DNA from: Bacillota bacterium
GTDB lineage: Bacteria; Planctomycetota; UBA8108; UBA1146
Direction: 5' to 3'
DNA length: 64,000 nucleotides
Assembly (NCBI GenBank): GCA_003973385.1
Contig: QNYK01000108.1
Location: 3,511-67,510, forward strand
Positions 27,125-41,006 of this stretch are shown one piece after another. Within the stretch, counting starts at the first letter, position 1; every line of letters starts with the position of its first letter. The notes beneath the pieces are model-generated. The model saw only the letters and a program-made list of their open reading frames with translations. It was not told the origin of the DNA and did not search any database. Both the position numbers and the translations under genes were made by a program.

Positions 27125-27889
27125 ATGAATGCGTCGCGAAACTCAACGGCTTCTGGCCAGGCGGAGATCTCACGGTGGTTCTTCTCGAAACGGTTCGAGG
27201 CAACATGGTTGCACGTGTTGCTGTTGATGATACCGCTGCTGCTGATGAGCAGTCTGTGGCTCTTTTCAGCGCAAGGCGATGGAACTTACGTTCGACCCCT
27301 CGACATGCCATCCGGTGGTGGGGGCCATGCCGATGACGATGAGAACGCTCCAGAAACCATCATCTTCTATGGCATGAACTATGAGGGTGACGCGTTTTTC
27401 TGGTGCCTCGACAAGTCCGGCTCGATGGGCTGGGGCGGAGCGATGGAGGATCTGAAACAAGAAGTGACCGGGGCAGTGCTGTCGTTGAGCCCGGCTGCTG
27501 AGTTCAGTGTTGTTGCCTTCAGCACCAATACCGTGGTCTGGTCCCTGACACCGAAACCCGCACGACTGGCTGAAAAGGTTGCCGCACTTGCCTGGGTCAA
27601 TGCTTTGACCCCGGACGGCTGGACATGCATGGCACCAGCAGCCGTCCAGACCCTCGGGATCTGTAACATGTCGTCGAAGCAGTACCGTCAGATCATACTA
27701 CTCAGTGACGGAGCGCCATTTTGCAACGATGTAGACACATCGACTCAGGCACTCTCGGAGATTTCGCTGGCCAACTGGCAACAGGTTCCCATCCACACCG
27801 TCTTCATCGGATCGGACACCGCTGGAATCGATTTCATGCAAACCCTGGCTGCAATGAATCAGGGGACATTTCACATCTGCGACAATTGA
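27125..27889 (+). CDS. Exported stand-alone vWA domain protein (paralog 2)
   Basis: Hydrophobic N-terminal segment, MIDAS 'LDKSGSM', 'GWT', 'LLSDGAP'. Colinear with 25064..25744. Confidence 0.85.
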   Translation: MNASRNSTASGQAEISRWFFSKRFEATWLHVLLLMIPLLLMSSLWLFSAQGDGTYVRPLDMPSGGGGHADDDENAPETIIFYGMNYEGDAFFWCLDKSGSMGWGGAMEDLKQEVTGAVLSLSPAAEFSVVAFSTNTVVWSLTPKPARLAEKVAALAWVNALTPDGWTCMAPAAVQTLGICNMSSKQYRQIILLSDGAPFCNDVDTSTQALSEISLANWQQVPIHTVFIGSDTAGIDFMQTLAAMNQGTFHICDN

Positions 27890-27953
27890 ACCTGAATCAA
27901 GAGATCCGGATCGAGGGCTGCAGGGAGAGATCCCCGTGGCCCTCAATCCACTT

Positions 27954-29558
27954 CTAGGGGCTTACTTCTGCGACTCGGGCGGCGTTCGCCAGAATCCGAC
28001 AACTGGCAGCTTCCCGAGGCCGGTCCAGCCTGGCGTAGATGGAGGCGAGCGTGTCGTACGCTGCCGAGAGATCGGGATGGCGAGGATCGTCAGATCGCAG
28101 CCGCTCGACTCCCTGCTCGAGCCAGACCTGAGCACCCAGAAGCAACTGGTGCTGCCGATCAGCGTCGACCTGCGGCAGCTCTGAGCGCGCCTGGAGTGCC
28201 TGCAGGTGTGCCCGGGCATTGGCGATGGGATGGGACCAGCTGGGTTGGGTGGAGAACGGGCCGCTGGCGAAGAACCATCCTGCGACAGTGATGATCAGCA
28301 GCAGCAGGACCATCCGTGCCAGCCTGCGGCGATGGCGGTCGAACAGGCGCCGAAAAAGTGGATCCTCGCGATGATGATGCAGGACACGGATCCGGTCGTT
28401 GATCGAAGGGTGGCGCCAGCCACTCCTCGACATCGTTGTCCCCGAGATGCGGGCGATGTGAGCCAGTGTCTGGGCGATGGCCCCCGGTTTTCCGGTCAGT
28501 TCGTCGCTGACGATATCGGCGTGATGTTCCAGATGCCGAGACAGGCGGCCGAAAAATATCCACCCTGAAACCGTCAACAGAGTCACCAGTGGGAACGCTA
28601 TGACATCATCATGGGACTCCAGAACAAGAAATATGGCGAGCAGGAAACCGCAACCAGTTGCCAGGAACAGCCAGATGTGATGCTGGCGAGCGTGTGCCAA
28701 CTCATGGGCGAAGGCAGCATCGATCTCATCGTTGGTCATGTTCATGATGAAGAGATCGGTGAGGAAGAACCGCCGCCCGAAGGGCAGGAGTCCGACGATC
28801 ATCGCAGTGATGAGGGGCTGAGAGCCGGTCATCCAGATCCGAGGAATACCGCTACGAACACCAGAACCGGCAGCGATGCAGAGGAGGCGTTCTCGCAGAG
28901 GCCCTGGGGGGATCGGGCGCGATGGCACCATGCGACCGACAAAAGCGGGCAAGATGAAGACGATGACGATGAGCAGCATCCAGTCGCGAGATACCGGCGA
29001 GTAACCCTCCAGGGTCAGCCCATGGTCTGGATTGAGGAAGATCCAGCTGTCGATTCCGCTCAGCACCGCGATCGGGAGAAGTACGATCAGGCTCAGTCGC
29101 AACTGCTCGATGAAGATCGAGAGCAACATCGTTGCCGATCGTGTGTGCGGATCCCAGTTCAGCGGCAGGGCGCAGAGAGCACTGGCCACCATCAAGGGCA
29201 TGAACGTGAGCAAGGGAGCCACTGCGTGCCACTGCGCGGGCAACCTGGACGCTGCCAGTTGGTGCCAGTTCGCCAGTAGCAGGATCGCTAGCCACGTCAG
29301 CAGCAACACGATGCGTCGGATCCTGAGACCGCGCTGCAGGAGAGTGTGACCGGGAACCCCCCTGCGTGAGGCGATCCATCGGTATCCAAGCACGACGGTG
29401 AATGGAACCAGCAGTTGAAGAAGCACCGGGCCGAGCAGTTCTCCGGGATGAAGCCAGGACGTGGCCCAGTGGGAGACAAAAGTGGGGATTTGAGGAGAGA
29501 TCTCGCCGACGCAGATCCACATCAGGATCGCAGCGATCATCGTCAGCAGATCGAGCAT
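27954..29558 (-). CDS. M48 family (Ste24/HtpX-like) membrane zinc metalloprotease
   Basis: Multiple TM helices, 'AAFAHELAH', 'SRHLEHHAD', 'WRHPSINDRI', helical/TPR-like C-terminus. Confidence 0.85.
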   Translation of the reverse strand: MLDLLTMIAAILMWICVGEISPQIPTFVSHWATSWLHPGELLGPVLLQLLVPFTVVLGYRWIASRRGVPGHTLLQRGLRIRRIVLLLTWLAILLLANWHQLAASRLPAQWHAVAPLLTFMPLMVASALCALPLNWDPHTRSATMLLSIFIEQLRLSLIVLLPIAVLSGIDSWIFLNPDHGLTLEGYSPVSRDWMLLIVIVFILPAFVGRMVPSRPIPPGPLRERLLCIAAGSGVRSGIPRIWMTGSQPLITAMIVGLLPFGRRFFLTDLFIMNMTNDEIDAAFAHELAHARQHHIWLFLATGCGFLLAIFLVLESHDDVIAFPLVTLLTVSGWIFFGRLSRHLEHHADIVSDELTGKPGAIAQTLAHIARISGTTMSRSGWRHPSINDRIRVLHHHREDPLFRRLFDRHRRRLARMVLLLLIITVAGWFFASGPFSTQPSWSHPIANARAHLQALQARSELPQVDADRQHQLLLGAQVWLEQGVERLRSDDPRHPDLSAAYDTLASIYARLDRPREAASCRILANAARVAEVSP

Positions 29559-29593
29559 GCGGCGTGACCCTTTCGGCTACGCCGCACTCACCA

Positions 29594-30058
29594 TCAGCGG
29601 CGTACTTGTGAACGGATCAGGTACTTCATCACCTGATCCTGGTCTTCCTTTTCGATGTCGGTAAATCGAAGTCCGATGGTGCAGCGGTCGCGATTTTCAG
29701 GGATCTCCTCGATCCAGGACACCTGACAAAGACCCTTGATGGCATGGTCGAGGGAAGGCAGCAACAGATTCACACCGACATGGATCTTTCCCATCAGCAG
29801 TGCCGGGATCCAGTTGAAACTCGGGATCTTGCCGTGAAGCATCAAACCGCCACCGCCGATCTGCGAGGTCGAGCCCTCGAAAACGACGTCTTCAGCGATT
29901 TCGACCTCCTTGGAGAGGAACTTGTAGCGGACTGGAATTTCGGTGGGGAGCCGCACGAATTCACGGCGTTGGGAAAAACTCTCGATGGCTGCGGTCACTT
30001 GTGCCTCCTGGTGCTGTGGGGGGGAAGGGAGACCCGGGGTGGGGTTTCCTTCCATCAT
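29594..30058 (-). CDS. Stand-alone PilZ domain protein
   Basis: 'QRREFVR', 'SQIGGGGL', 'CQVSW', 'IGLRFTDIEKEDQDQVMKYL'. Confidence 0.8.
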   Translation of the reverse strand: MMEGNPTPGLPSPPQHQEAQVTAAIESFSQRREFVRLPTEIPVRYKFLSKEVEIAEDVVFEGSTSQIGGGGLMLHGKIPSFNWIPALLMGKIHVGVNLLLPSLDHAIKGLCQVSWIEEIPENRDRCTIGLRFTDIEKEDQDQVMKYLIRSQVRR

Positions 30059-30115
30059 GAGAATAGGATGTGGAGGTCACTTCGACCAATTGGCGGCCAC
30101 GGAAAAACCAGGAAA

Positions 30116-34733
<4,618 letters not shown>

Positions 34734-34884
34734 CCATCGATTCCAGCGACCACATCCGCGACTGGAACCGCATCGTGTGCCACCACGGCCTGTCCAGATC
34801 TGGTGTGATACCCGGCAGCATCCGGGCAATCTGGAAAAGCCCTTCATACATCGCTGGCATGGTCCGAAGAGAGATCATGAACCG

Positions 34885-35193
34885 GTGACCCGCCGGAGAC
34901 AGAGGACCCAGTCAGGCCTGGAAGGACCCAGATCGGTGCCGTTGCTCGCCCGCATCCTCGAAACTGCCCGCATCCAGGCCCTGCTCGGGGGACTGATCCA
35001 GATCACTCGCATCGAGATGCGAGTCGGGAGCGATAGCGATGTGGTTCCCGAGGCGATCTGTGCGGCACTGAAGGAGCGATGTCAGGGGGATCTGCTCGAT
35101 CGATGCGAGGTCAGCATCGAACTGGTAGAGGGTGATCAGGTCGAACTCAAGAGCATCGTGGGAATCCCCTTCAGCGCCAGGGATGCGATCTGA
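34885..35193 (+). CDS. Small HypA-like protein lacking the MHE and zinc-finger motifs
   Basis: 'ARILETAR..A..GG...ITRIEMRVG.DSDVVPEAI..AL.....G.......VSIE...GDQVELKSI' follows the HypA Ni-domain pattern. Start uncertain (GTG 34885 or 34936). Confidence 0.5.
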   Translation: MTRRRQRTQSGLEGPRSVPLLARILETARIQALLGGLIQITRIEMRVGSDSDVVPEAICAALKERCQGDLLDRCEVSIELVEGDQVELKSIVGIPFSARDAI

Positions 35194-35262
35194 AGCACTG
35201 GACAGGGGACCGGTGACATCGCAGCATCGTGGTCAGGCCAACTCTCTGGCCAGGAGGACCCG

Positions 35263-37065
35263 ATGCATCGCAATCTGGGCAGTTTTCTCGAAGCGCTGCG
35301 CCGATCGGGAGATCTGGTCGAGGTCGATGCCCGCGTCGATCCGCGACTTGAGGTTGCGGAGATCCATCGCCGAGTCATCGCAGGCGGCGGACCTGCACTC
35401 CTTTTTCACAATCCGGTAGGTTCCAGTTTTCCCATCGTGACCAATCTGTTCGGAACCCAGCGAAGGGTTCAGATCGGCTTTGGTGACCACGGTCAAAAGT
35501 TCCTGAGCAGGCTCGTACACCTCGCCGAGACGATGGTTCCTCCGAGTCTCCCCAAGATGTGGGGAGCGCGAGATGTCGCCGGGACCTTGCTCAAGGTTGG
35601 CATGAGAAAAAGGCGTGCCGGTGCGGTCCTGGAGGTGCAGGATCCTCAACTCGATCTGGATGCCTTGCCCATCATCACCTGCTGGCCAGAAGATGGGGGT
35701 CCCTTCATCACGTTGCCACTGGTCTATACCGAGCACCCTGTCGATGGGCGCCACAATCTCGGCATCTACAGGCTGCAGCGCCACGATTCCGAACATCTGG
35801 GGCTTCACTTCCAGATACACAAGGGGTCTGGTTATCACCTGATGGAGGCGGAACGACTGCAGCGTCCCTTCCCTGTCACCTGTCTGCTCGGCGGCCCTCC
35901 TGCTCTGATCGCAAGCGCAGTGGCTCCACTTCCTGAAAATGTCGGGGAGCTATTACTCGCATCGCTGTTGCAGGGAGCTCCGCTGCGGATGGCGCAAGCA
36001 GAGGGAGTCGCTCACCCCTTTGTCGCCGAGTGCGAGTTTGCCATCCACGGCAGTGCGATCCCGGGTGTGAGATGGCCAGAAGGCCCATTCGGTGACCACT
36101 ACGGCTACTACTCCCTGCAGCATGATTACCCCGTGATGAAGGTCGACGGGATCACCCACCGTCGTGGTGCGATCTATCCTGCGACAGTGGTTGGCAAACC
36201 GCGCCAGGAAGATTTCTTCCTCGGAGACTTTCTTCAAGAACTTCTCTCGCCGCTGTTCCCGCTCGTGATGCCAACGGTCCGGAAACTCTGGTCCTACGGG
36301 GAGACCGGGTACCATTCGCTGGCAGCGGCCACGGTGACAGATCGGTACCCTCGTGAAGCGATGGTGTCTGCATTCAGGATTCTCGGAGAGGGTCAACTGT
36401 CACTGACGAAGTTTCTGTTGCTCACAGATGGAGCTGTCGACCTTCACGACTTCCCTGCAACGCTCGAGTACATCCTGGCGCGAGCAGATTTCCGCAGCGA
36501 TCTGCATATCATCGCATGCACCAGCATGGATACCCTCGACTACTCCGGGCCCAGCGTGAATGAGGGGTCGAAGGGATTTCTGCTCGGTCTCGGCGATCCC
36601 ATCCGGGAACTTTCCCGGGAGTTTGAGGGCCAACTTCCCGCAGGGTTCCCTCAAGCCAAGGTGTATTGCCCCGGTTGCCTGGTGATCGAGGGGCCACCCC
36701 ATGCAGATCAACCTCAAGCGGCACAGGGGTTGCTCGAGGGATCGGCTCTTGAGGAGTGGCCGCTGGTGGTTCTGGTCGATGATGCAGTGGCTGCCACTCG
36801 ATCCGATGCGAGGTTCTTGTGGACCACCTTCACTCGCTTCGAGCCAGCTGCAGATATCTACTCGAGCGCAAGTGAGGTGGTCAGGAACCACCTCGCTCAC
36901 CATCCCCCCGTGGTCATCGATGCGAGGATGAAGGCGGGCTACCCCGATGAACTGTTCTGCGACCCGGAGACATCCGCTACGGTCGAGAGCAGATGGAGCG
37001 AGTACTTCCCCGCCGGGGGAGTCGAGATGGGAGATAGCGATGGGGGGCACCTCGATCAGCTTTGA
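35263..37065 (+). CDS. ubiD: UbiD family prFMN-dependent decarboxylase, long form (MqnL-like)
   Basis: 'GGPALLFHN', 'WPEDGGPFITLP', 'NLGIYRLQ', 'EGPFGDHYGYYS', 'TVVGKPRQED', 'DTLDYSG', 'WTTFTRFEPAADI'. Confidence 0.92.
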   Translation: MHRNLGSFLEALRRSGDLVEVDARVDPRLEVAEIHRRVIAGGGPALLFHNPVGSSFPIVTNLFGTQRRVQIGFGDHGQKFLSRLVHLAETMVPPSLPKMWGARDVAGTLLKVGMRKRRAGAVLEVQDPQLDLDALPIITCWPEDGGPFITLPLVYTEHPVDGRHNLGIYRLQRHDSEHLGLHFQIHKGSGYHLMEAERLQRPFPVTCLLGGPPALIASAVAPLPENVGELLLASLLQGAPLRMAQAEGVAHPFVAECEFAIHGSAIPGVRWPEGPFGDHYGYYSLQHDYPVMKVDGITHRRGAIYPATVVGKPRQEDFFLGDFLQELLSPLFPLVMPTVRKLWSYGETGYHSLAAATVTDRYPREAMVSAFRILGEGQLSLTKFLLLTDGAVDLHDFPATLEYILARADFRSDLHIIACTSMDTLDYSGPSVNEGSKGFLLGLGDPIRELSREFEGQLPAGFPQAKVYCPGCLVIEGPPHADQPQAAQGLLEGSALEEWPLVVLVDDAVAATRSDARFLWTTFTRFEPAADIYSSASEVVRNHLAHHPPVVIDARMKAGYPDELFCDPETSATVESRWSEYFPAGGVEMGDSDGGHLDQL

Positions 37066-37209
37066 TGGGGAATCACTGGAGAGAAACCCGGAGACCTGTC
37101 GAATTATCGAGGATTCAATCCCTCACGGTGGACATCTCACGCTTAGACTCCCGAGTGCACTGCTGTATGATGGAGAGGTCCGTCAGTTTCTCAAAATAGA
37201 GGAGTGCAG

Positions 37210-38976
37210 ATGATCAGGCTCCGAGCAAGATCCACCCTGGCGATGGCTTTGCTATCGTTTGCCGTGCTGTTTTCGGGAACAGTCGTTGTTGAGGCGCAGC
37301 CAGGAAGCCTTGGAGTTCTCGGTACGTATCCCGATAGCAACGCGCTGACCGCGCCGATCGCAACCTCGATCTGGATCAATTTCCTTGAACCGATCGATCC
37401 AGCCAGCGTCAGCAACGGGTCGTTCTGGGCCTTTGGACGCTGGAGTGGTCCGGCGGAGGGGATACTGGAGGTGGTCGGTGGCGGATCCTCCATTCGACTC
37501 ACTCCCGACAATCCCTTCTCTGCGGGTGAGCAGGTGATGGTGATCCTTTCCGAGCAGATCACTGCAGTCAGCGGAGCGTCGATCCAGCAGGGGGGGTACA
37601 GCTTTCTGTTCTGGACAGCATCTGCTTCTACAACATTGCAACTGGATCAAACAGCCAACTGGTCGACCCGTTCCAATCCCAATGTATCGACGCGCAGTTA
37701 CGGGGGAGTCGGTTCTGACCTCAACAATGATGGCAACCTCGACATCACGGTCATCAACGAAGACACCGCTGATGTGCGTTGCTACCTCAATCAAGGCAAT
37801 GACAGCGGAGAATTTGGCCCGATGGTCAATCCCCCGAGTTCTGTGAATCTGCAGGCGAGTCCCAATGAGCCAGCAGACTTCAACCGAGATGGATTTGTCG
37901 ATCTGGTGGTCTGCAACATCGCCACCGATACGGTTTCGGTGCTGCTGGGTAATGGCGATGGCACCTTCGCTCCTCAGCAGCAGATCAATGTTGGAATCGC
38001 TCCCAGAGGAGTCGCCGTGCTCGATGTCGATGGGGATGGTGACATGGATGTGGTCAATACCAACTACGGCAACGGAAACCTGTCGATCTTGCTCAACAAT
38101 GGCAATGGAGTATTTGGGGCGCCGACATTTTTCGAGGGGGGCGGTGCTGGAGAGCGTTCCCTGGCAACGGGAGACATGAACGGGGATGGTCTGCTCGATC
38201 TGGTGATCGGCATGCTCAACAGCGGTGAGATCGTCGTGAACCTGAACAATGGTGACGGAACCTTCACCGAATCCGGATCTGAACCGGCGGTGAGTGGCAC
38301 CTGGATGCTGGCACTGGGCGATCTCAATGGCGATGGTCATCTCGATGTGACCAGCGTCAATGCCAGCCAGGACAATTGCACCACCAACTTTGGCAACGGA
38401 GATGGCACCATCACTCCAGCCATTGCATATCCGACAGATAATTATCCTCTATCCACGGATGTGGGTGATCTCGATGGAGATGGCGATCTCGACTGGGTCA
38501 TCTCCAGCTACCTTGGCGATTGGTACATCTACCTCAATGATGGTGATGGTAACTTCACGTTTTTTCTGGAGATACTCGCACCCATTGCCGCCAGTTGTGC
38601 CGTCATGATGGATATCGACAACGACCTCGATCTCGATCTGGTTCTCATCGACGAACTCGCCGATGTTGTGATCATCTACAAGCAGGAGGGTGTGCCACCT
38701 CCGCAGTTCATCCGGGCAGATGCGAACTGGGATGGAATCGTCGACATCGGAGATGTGGTCAAGCAATTGAGTAGTCTGTTCGGTTGTACGGCAGTCTGCT
38801 CCTGTCCCGATGTGCTCGATTCCAACGATGATGGCTCCAATGACATCTCCGATCCGATCTACCTGTTGATGTACCTGTTCAGTAATGGATTGGCACCACC
38901 GGCACCCTATCCCTCCTGCGGAGCGGACCCGACGCTGGATACTCTCGATTGCTTGTTCCAGCCACCATGTCTTTGA
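37210..38976 (+). CDS. Secreted FG-GAP/VCBS repeat protein with N-terminal Ig-like (Big_5) and C-terminal dockerin-like domains
   Basis: Signal peptide; about seven 'DxNxDGxxD' repeats; C-terminal 'FIRADANWDG..DIGD...DSNDDG.NDISDPIY.L.YLF...CGADPT.D...C'. Confidence 0.85.
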   Translation: MIRLRARSTLAMALLSFAVLFSGTVVVEAQPGSLGVLGTYPDSNALTAPIATSIWINFLEPIDPASVSNGSFWAFGRWSGPAEGILEVVGGGSSIRLTPDNPFSAGEQVMVILSEQITAVSGASIQQGGYSFLFWTASASTTLQLDQTANWSTRSNPNVSTRSYGGVGSDLNNDGNLDITVINEDTADVRCYLNQGNDSGEFGPMVNPPSSVNLQASPNEPADFNRDGFVDLVVCNIATDTVSVLLGNGDGTFAPQQQINVGIAPRGVAVLDVDGDGDMDVVNTNYGNGNLSILLNNGNGVFGAPTFFEGGGAGERSLATGDMNGDGLLDLVIGMLNSGEIVVNLNNGDGTFTESGSEPAVSGTWMLALGDLNGDGHLDVTSVNASQDNCTTNFGNGDGTITPAIAYPTDNYPLSTDVGDLDGDGDLDWVISSYLGDWYIYLNDGDGNFTFFLEILAPIAASCAVMMDIDNDLDLDLVLIDELADVVIIYKQEGVPPPQFIRADANWDGIVDIGDVVKQLSSLFGCTAVCSCPDVLDSNDDGSNDISDPIYLLMYLFSNGLAPPAPYPSCGADPTLDTLDCLFQPPCL

Positions 38977-38983
38977 GATAGAG

Positions 38984-39493
38984 ATGTCTCGATTGCCCGA
39001 AATTCGTGAAGCGAAGGAAGGGGACATCCAGCAGTTGCTTGCCCTGCGCCTGGAGGCACTGCAGCAACATCCTCTCGCATTTTCCTCTTCTCCCGATGAC
39101 GATCGCCTCGACCTGGAGCATCTTCAGAATGTCATTTCAGAGGATAAGCAGGTCATTTTCTGTGCAGCCCATGGCGAGAACATCGTGGGCATGGTGGGCG
39201 CCTTTGTGCAGCCCCAGAGAAAGTTGAGCCACCGTTGCGATGTGTGGGGTGCTTATCTGAGGGCCTCCGAGCGGGGCCATGGAGTGGGTCGTCAGTTGAT
39301 GGAGGCAGTTGTCGATCGAGCGCGATCGTGGAACTGTGAATCTATCGATGTGGGTGTTACTTCAGGATCCAAGGAGGCGATCGGTTTGTACCAATCGCTG
39401 GGATTCGTCAGTTGCGGAATCGTAGCGCGCGCCATCGTCGATGGTGAGCATGCTACCAGCGAGCACATCATGGTGCTCCATCTCGAGAAGTAG
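38984..39493 (+). CDS. GNAT family N-acetyltransferase
   Basis: 'LRLEAL..HP.AFSS', 'VWGAYL...ERGHGVGRQLM', 'AIGLYQSLGF'. Confidence 0.9.
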   Translation: MSRLPEIREAKEGDIQQLLALRLEALQQHPLAFSSSPDDDRLDLEHLQNVISEDKQVIFCAAHGENIVGMVGAFVQPQRKLSHRCDVWGAYLRASERGHGVGRQLMEAVVDRARSWNCESIDVGVTSGSKEAIGLYQSLGFVSCGIVARAIVDGEHATSEHIMVLHLEK

Positions 39494-39525
39494 CTGTCAG
39501 CCAGGTGACTACCACCCGATATCCG

Positions 39526-40962
39526 TCAAAGTGCGGTGCCGCGCGCTGACTTCTTCTTGGCTGGCTCGATCGGGCGCAATCCGAAATGATCAGGGGAGAT
39601 CCAGGGAGCGCGGAATATCGCCCCGCCGCGGGCACCGGCGCCACGAACTCCTGCGCCTTGCTCGCCAAAACCGCTCTTGTTGATGTGCTCCCAGACGATG
39701 TTTCCGCTGCGGGTCACCTCGAAGATTCGACCCGTGGACCCGCTGCAGATCAGCGTGTTGCCGCCAGGCAATCGTTCGGCGCCTGAGATGTTAGAGGAGA
39801 AGAAATTTCCCGGATCCTCATACTTCCAGATCGGCTCTGGAGGCGAGAACGCGCCGTCCGTCTCGCGCAGGTACTTCCCATCCGAGGAGATCGGAGGGGC
39901 CAGTTCAAGAACCGTCGAGTAGTTGCCTCGACGACCCTGGCCGTTGTTGAAGATCATGATGTTGCCTTGCCCTGGTAGGTCCGGAGAGATCCATTGCGCA
40001 TCGTGTTGCTTGAAGAGCTCTCGATCCGAGTCACTGCCTCTGCCATAGGTTTGCGGGTTTCCCCAGCGCCACAGGATTCCTGGGTTATCGGTGCCTGAAG
40101 TGGAGTGATCGATGACCCACACCTCGTCGAAACCGTGGACGCTCAGGATGATCTGGTCGAGTTCGGGGTTGTAGTCGACAGAGTTGGTGTGCATCCAGTC
40201 CGGCTGCCCCAGTTCCCGGCTCTGAAATGCAACATAATTGACGTCGATCTTCTCCGGGTGATCCGATGCCCTTCCGTAATTTGGAAGTTCTGCATCGATA
40301 TCCTGGATCAAGTGATCCCACGGACTCCAGCGCCAGACCACCTCTCCGCCAGACTCTCCGGTCGGCTTGATCTCGACGACAGCATCGACCCACAACTCGT
40401 CGGCGGGAAGCAGGGCGGGATGACGACCCGCCGCAAGGCACTCTTGTTTCCCTTTTCGCTCCCAGCAGACCAGCAGAAAATTGCCATCGGGGAGCGGTTC
40501 GATGTCATGGTGTTGAAGGTGAGCATCACTGGCCCAGTCCAGTTTCCAGGTGACCTCGCCATCCCAGGTCACTCTCTCGATGACGCCACCGGCACCTCCG
40601 CCCTGAAATCCAAACGCGCCTCGTCGTCCGATGGCACCGGTTCTGAGCAAAGAACCGTCATCGAGGAGGTAGACCGAGTGCCCGGGCCGCCTTTCTCCGC
40701 GCCAGACATGGATCGGCGCACCTGTTCTGTCGATGATCTGCACGTCGGTGCTTCCCAGGGGTGCCAGCAACAGAAATCCACCTTCATGTGATTCTGATTC
40801 CTGCCTCCCGGGCTCGGGTGCCTCTGCAGGAGCCGCTTCTGGTGTTCCGGTCGGTGGTTCGGAAATCTGGCACAGCGCGAGAGCCGGCAGTGCCCAGCTG
40901 CTCACCAGGACCACGGTGAGCCACTGCAGGCGAGTCAAAATACCGAGAGAATTCGATGACAT
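39526..40962 (-). CDS. Exported arylsulfotransferase (ASST)-like beta-propeller
   Basis: 'QHHDIEPLPDGN', 'DWMHTNSVDYNP..DQIILS', 'QHDAQWI', 'IFNNG', 'SGAERLPGGNTLIC.G..GRIFEVT..G.IVWE'. Confidence 0.85.
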   Translation of the reverse strand: MSSNSLGILTRLQWLTVVLVSSWALPALALCQISEPPTGTPEAAPAEAPEPGRQESESHEGGFLLLAPLGSTDVQIIDRTGAPIHVWRGERRPGHSVYLLDDGSLLRTGAIGRRGAFGFQGGGAGGVIERVTWDGEVTWKLDWASDAHLQHHDIEPLPDGNFLLVCWERKGKQECLAAGRHPALLPADELWVDAVVEIKPTGESGGEVVWRWSPWDHLIQDIDAELPNYGRASDHPEKIDVNYVAFQSRELGQPDWMHTNSVDYNPELDQIILSVHGFDEVWVIDHSTSGTDNPGILWRWGNPQTYGRGSDSDRELFKQHDAQWISPDLPGQGNIMIFNNGQGRRGNYSTVLELAPPISSDGKYLRETDGAFSPPEPIWKYEDPGNFFSSNISGAERLPGGNTLICSGSTGRIFEVTRSGNIVWEHINKSGFGEQGAGVRGAGARGGAIFRAPWISPDHFGLRPIEPAKKKSARGTAL

Positions 40963-41006
40963 GGAGTACCTCCCACTGCTCCAGGATACACGCAATCGCG
41001 CCCTGG

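Noticed and set aside
37720-38660. Periodic GAT/GGC-rich repeats suggesting a DNA repeat array or CRISPR
   Set aside because: Explained by degenerate FG-GAP protein repeats; there are no identical repeats with spacers.
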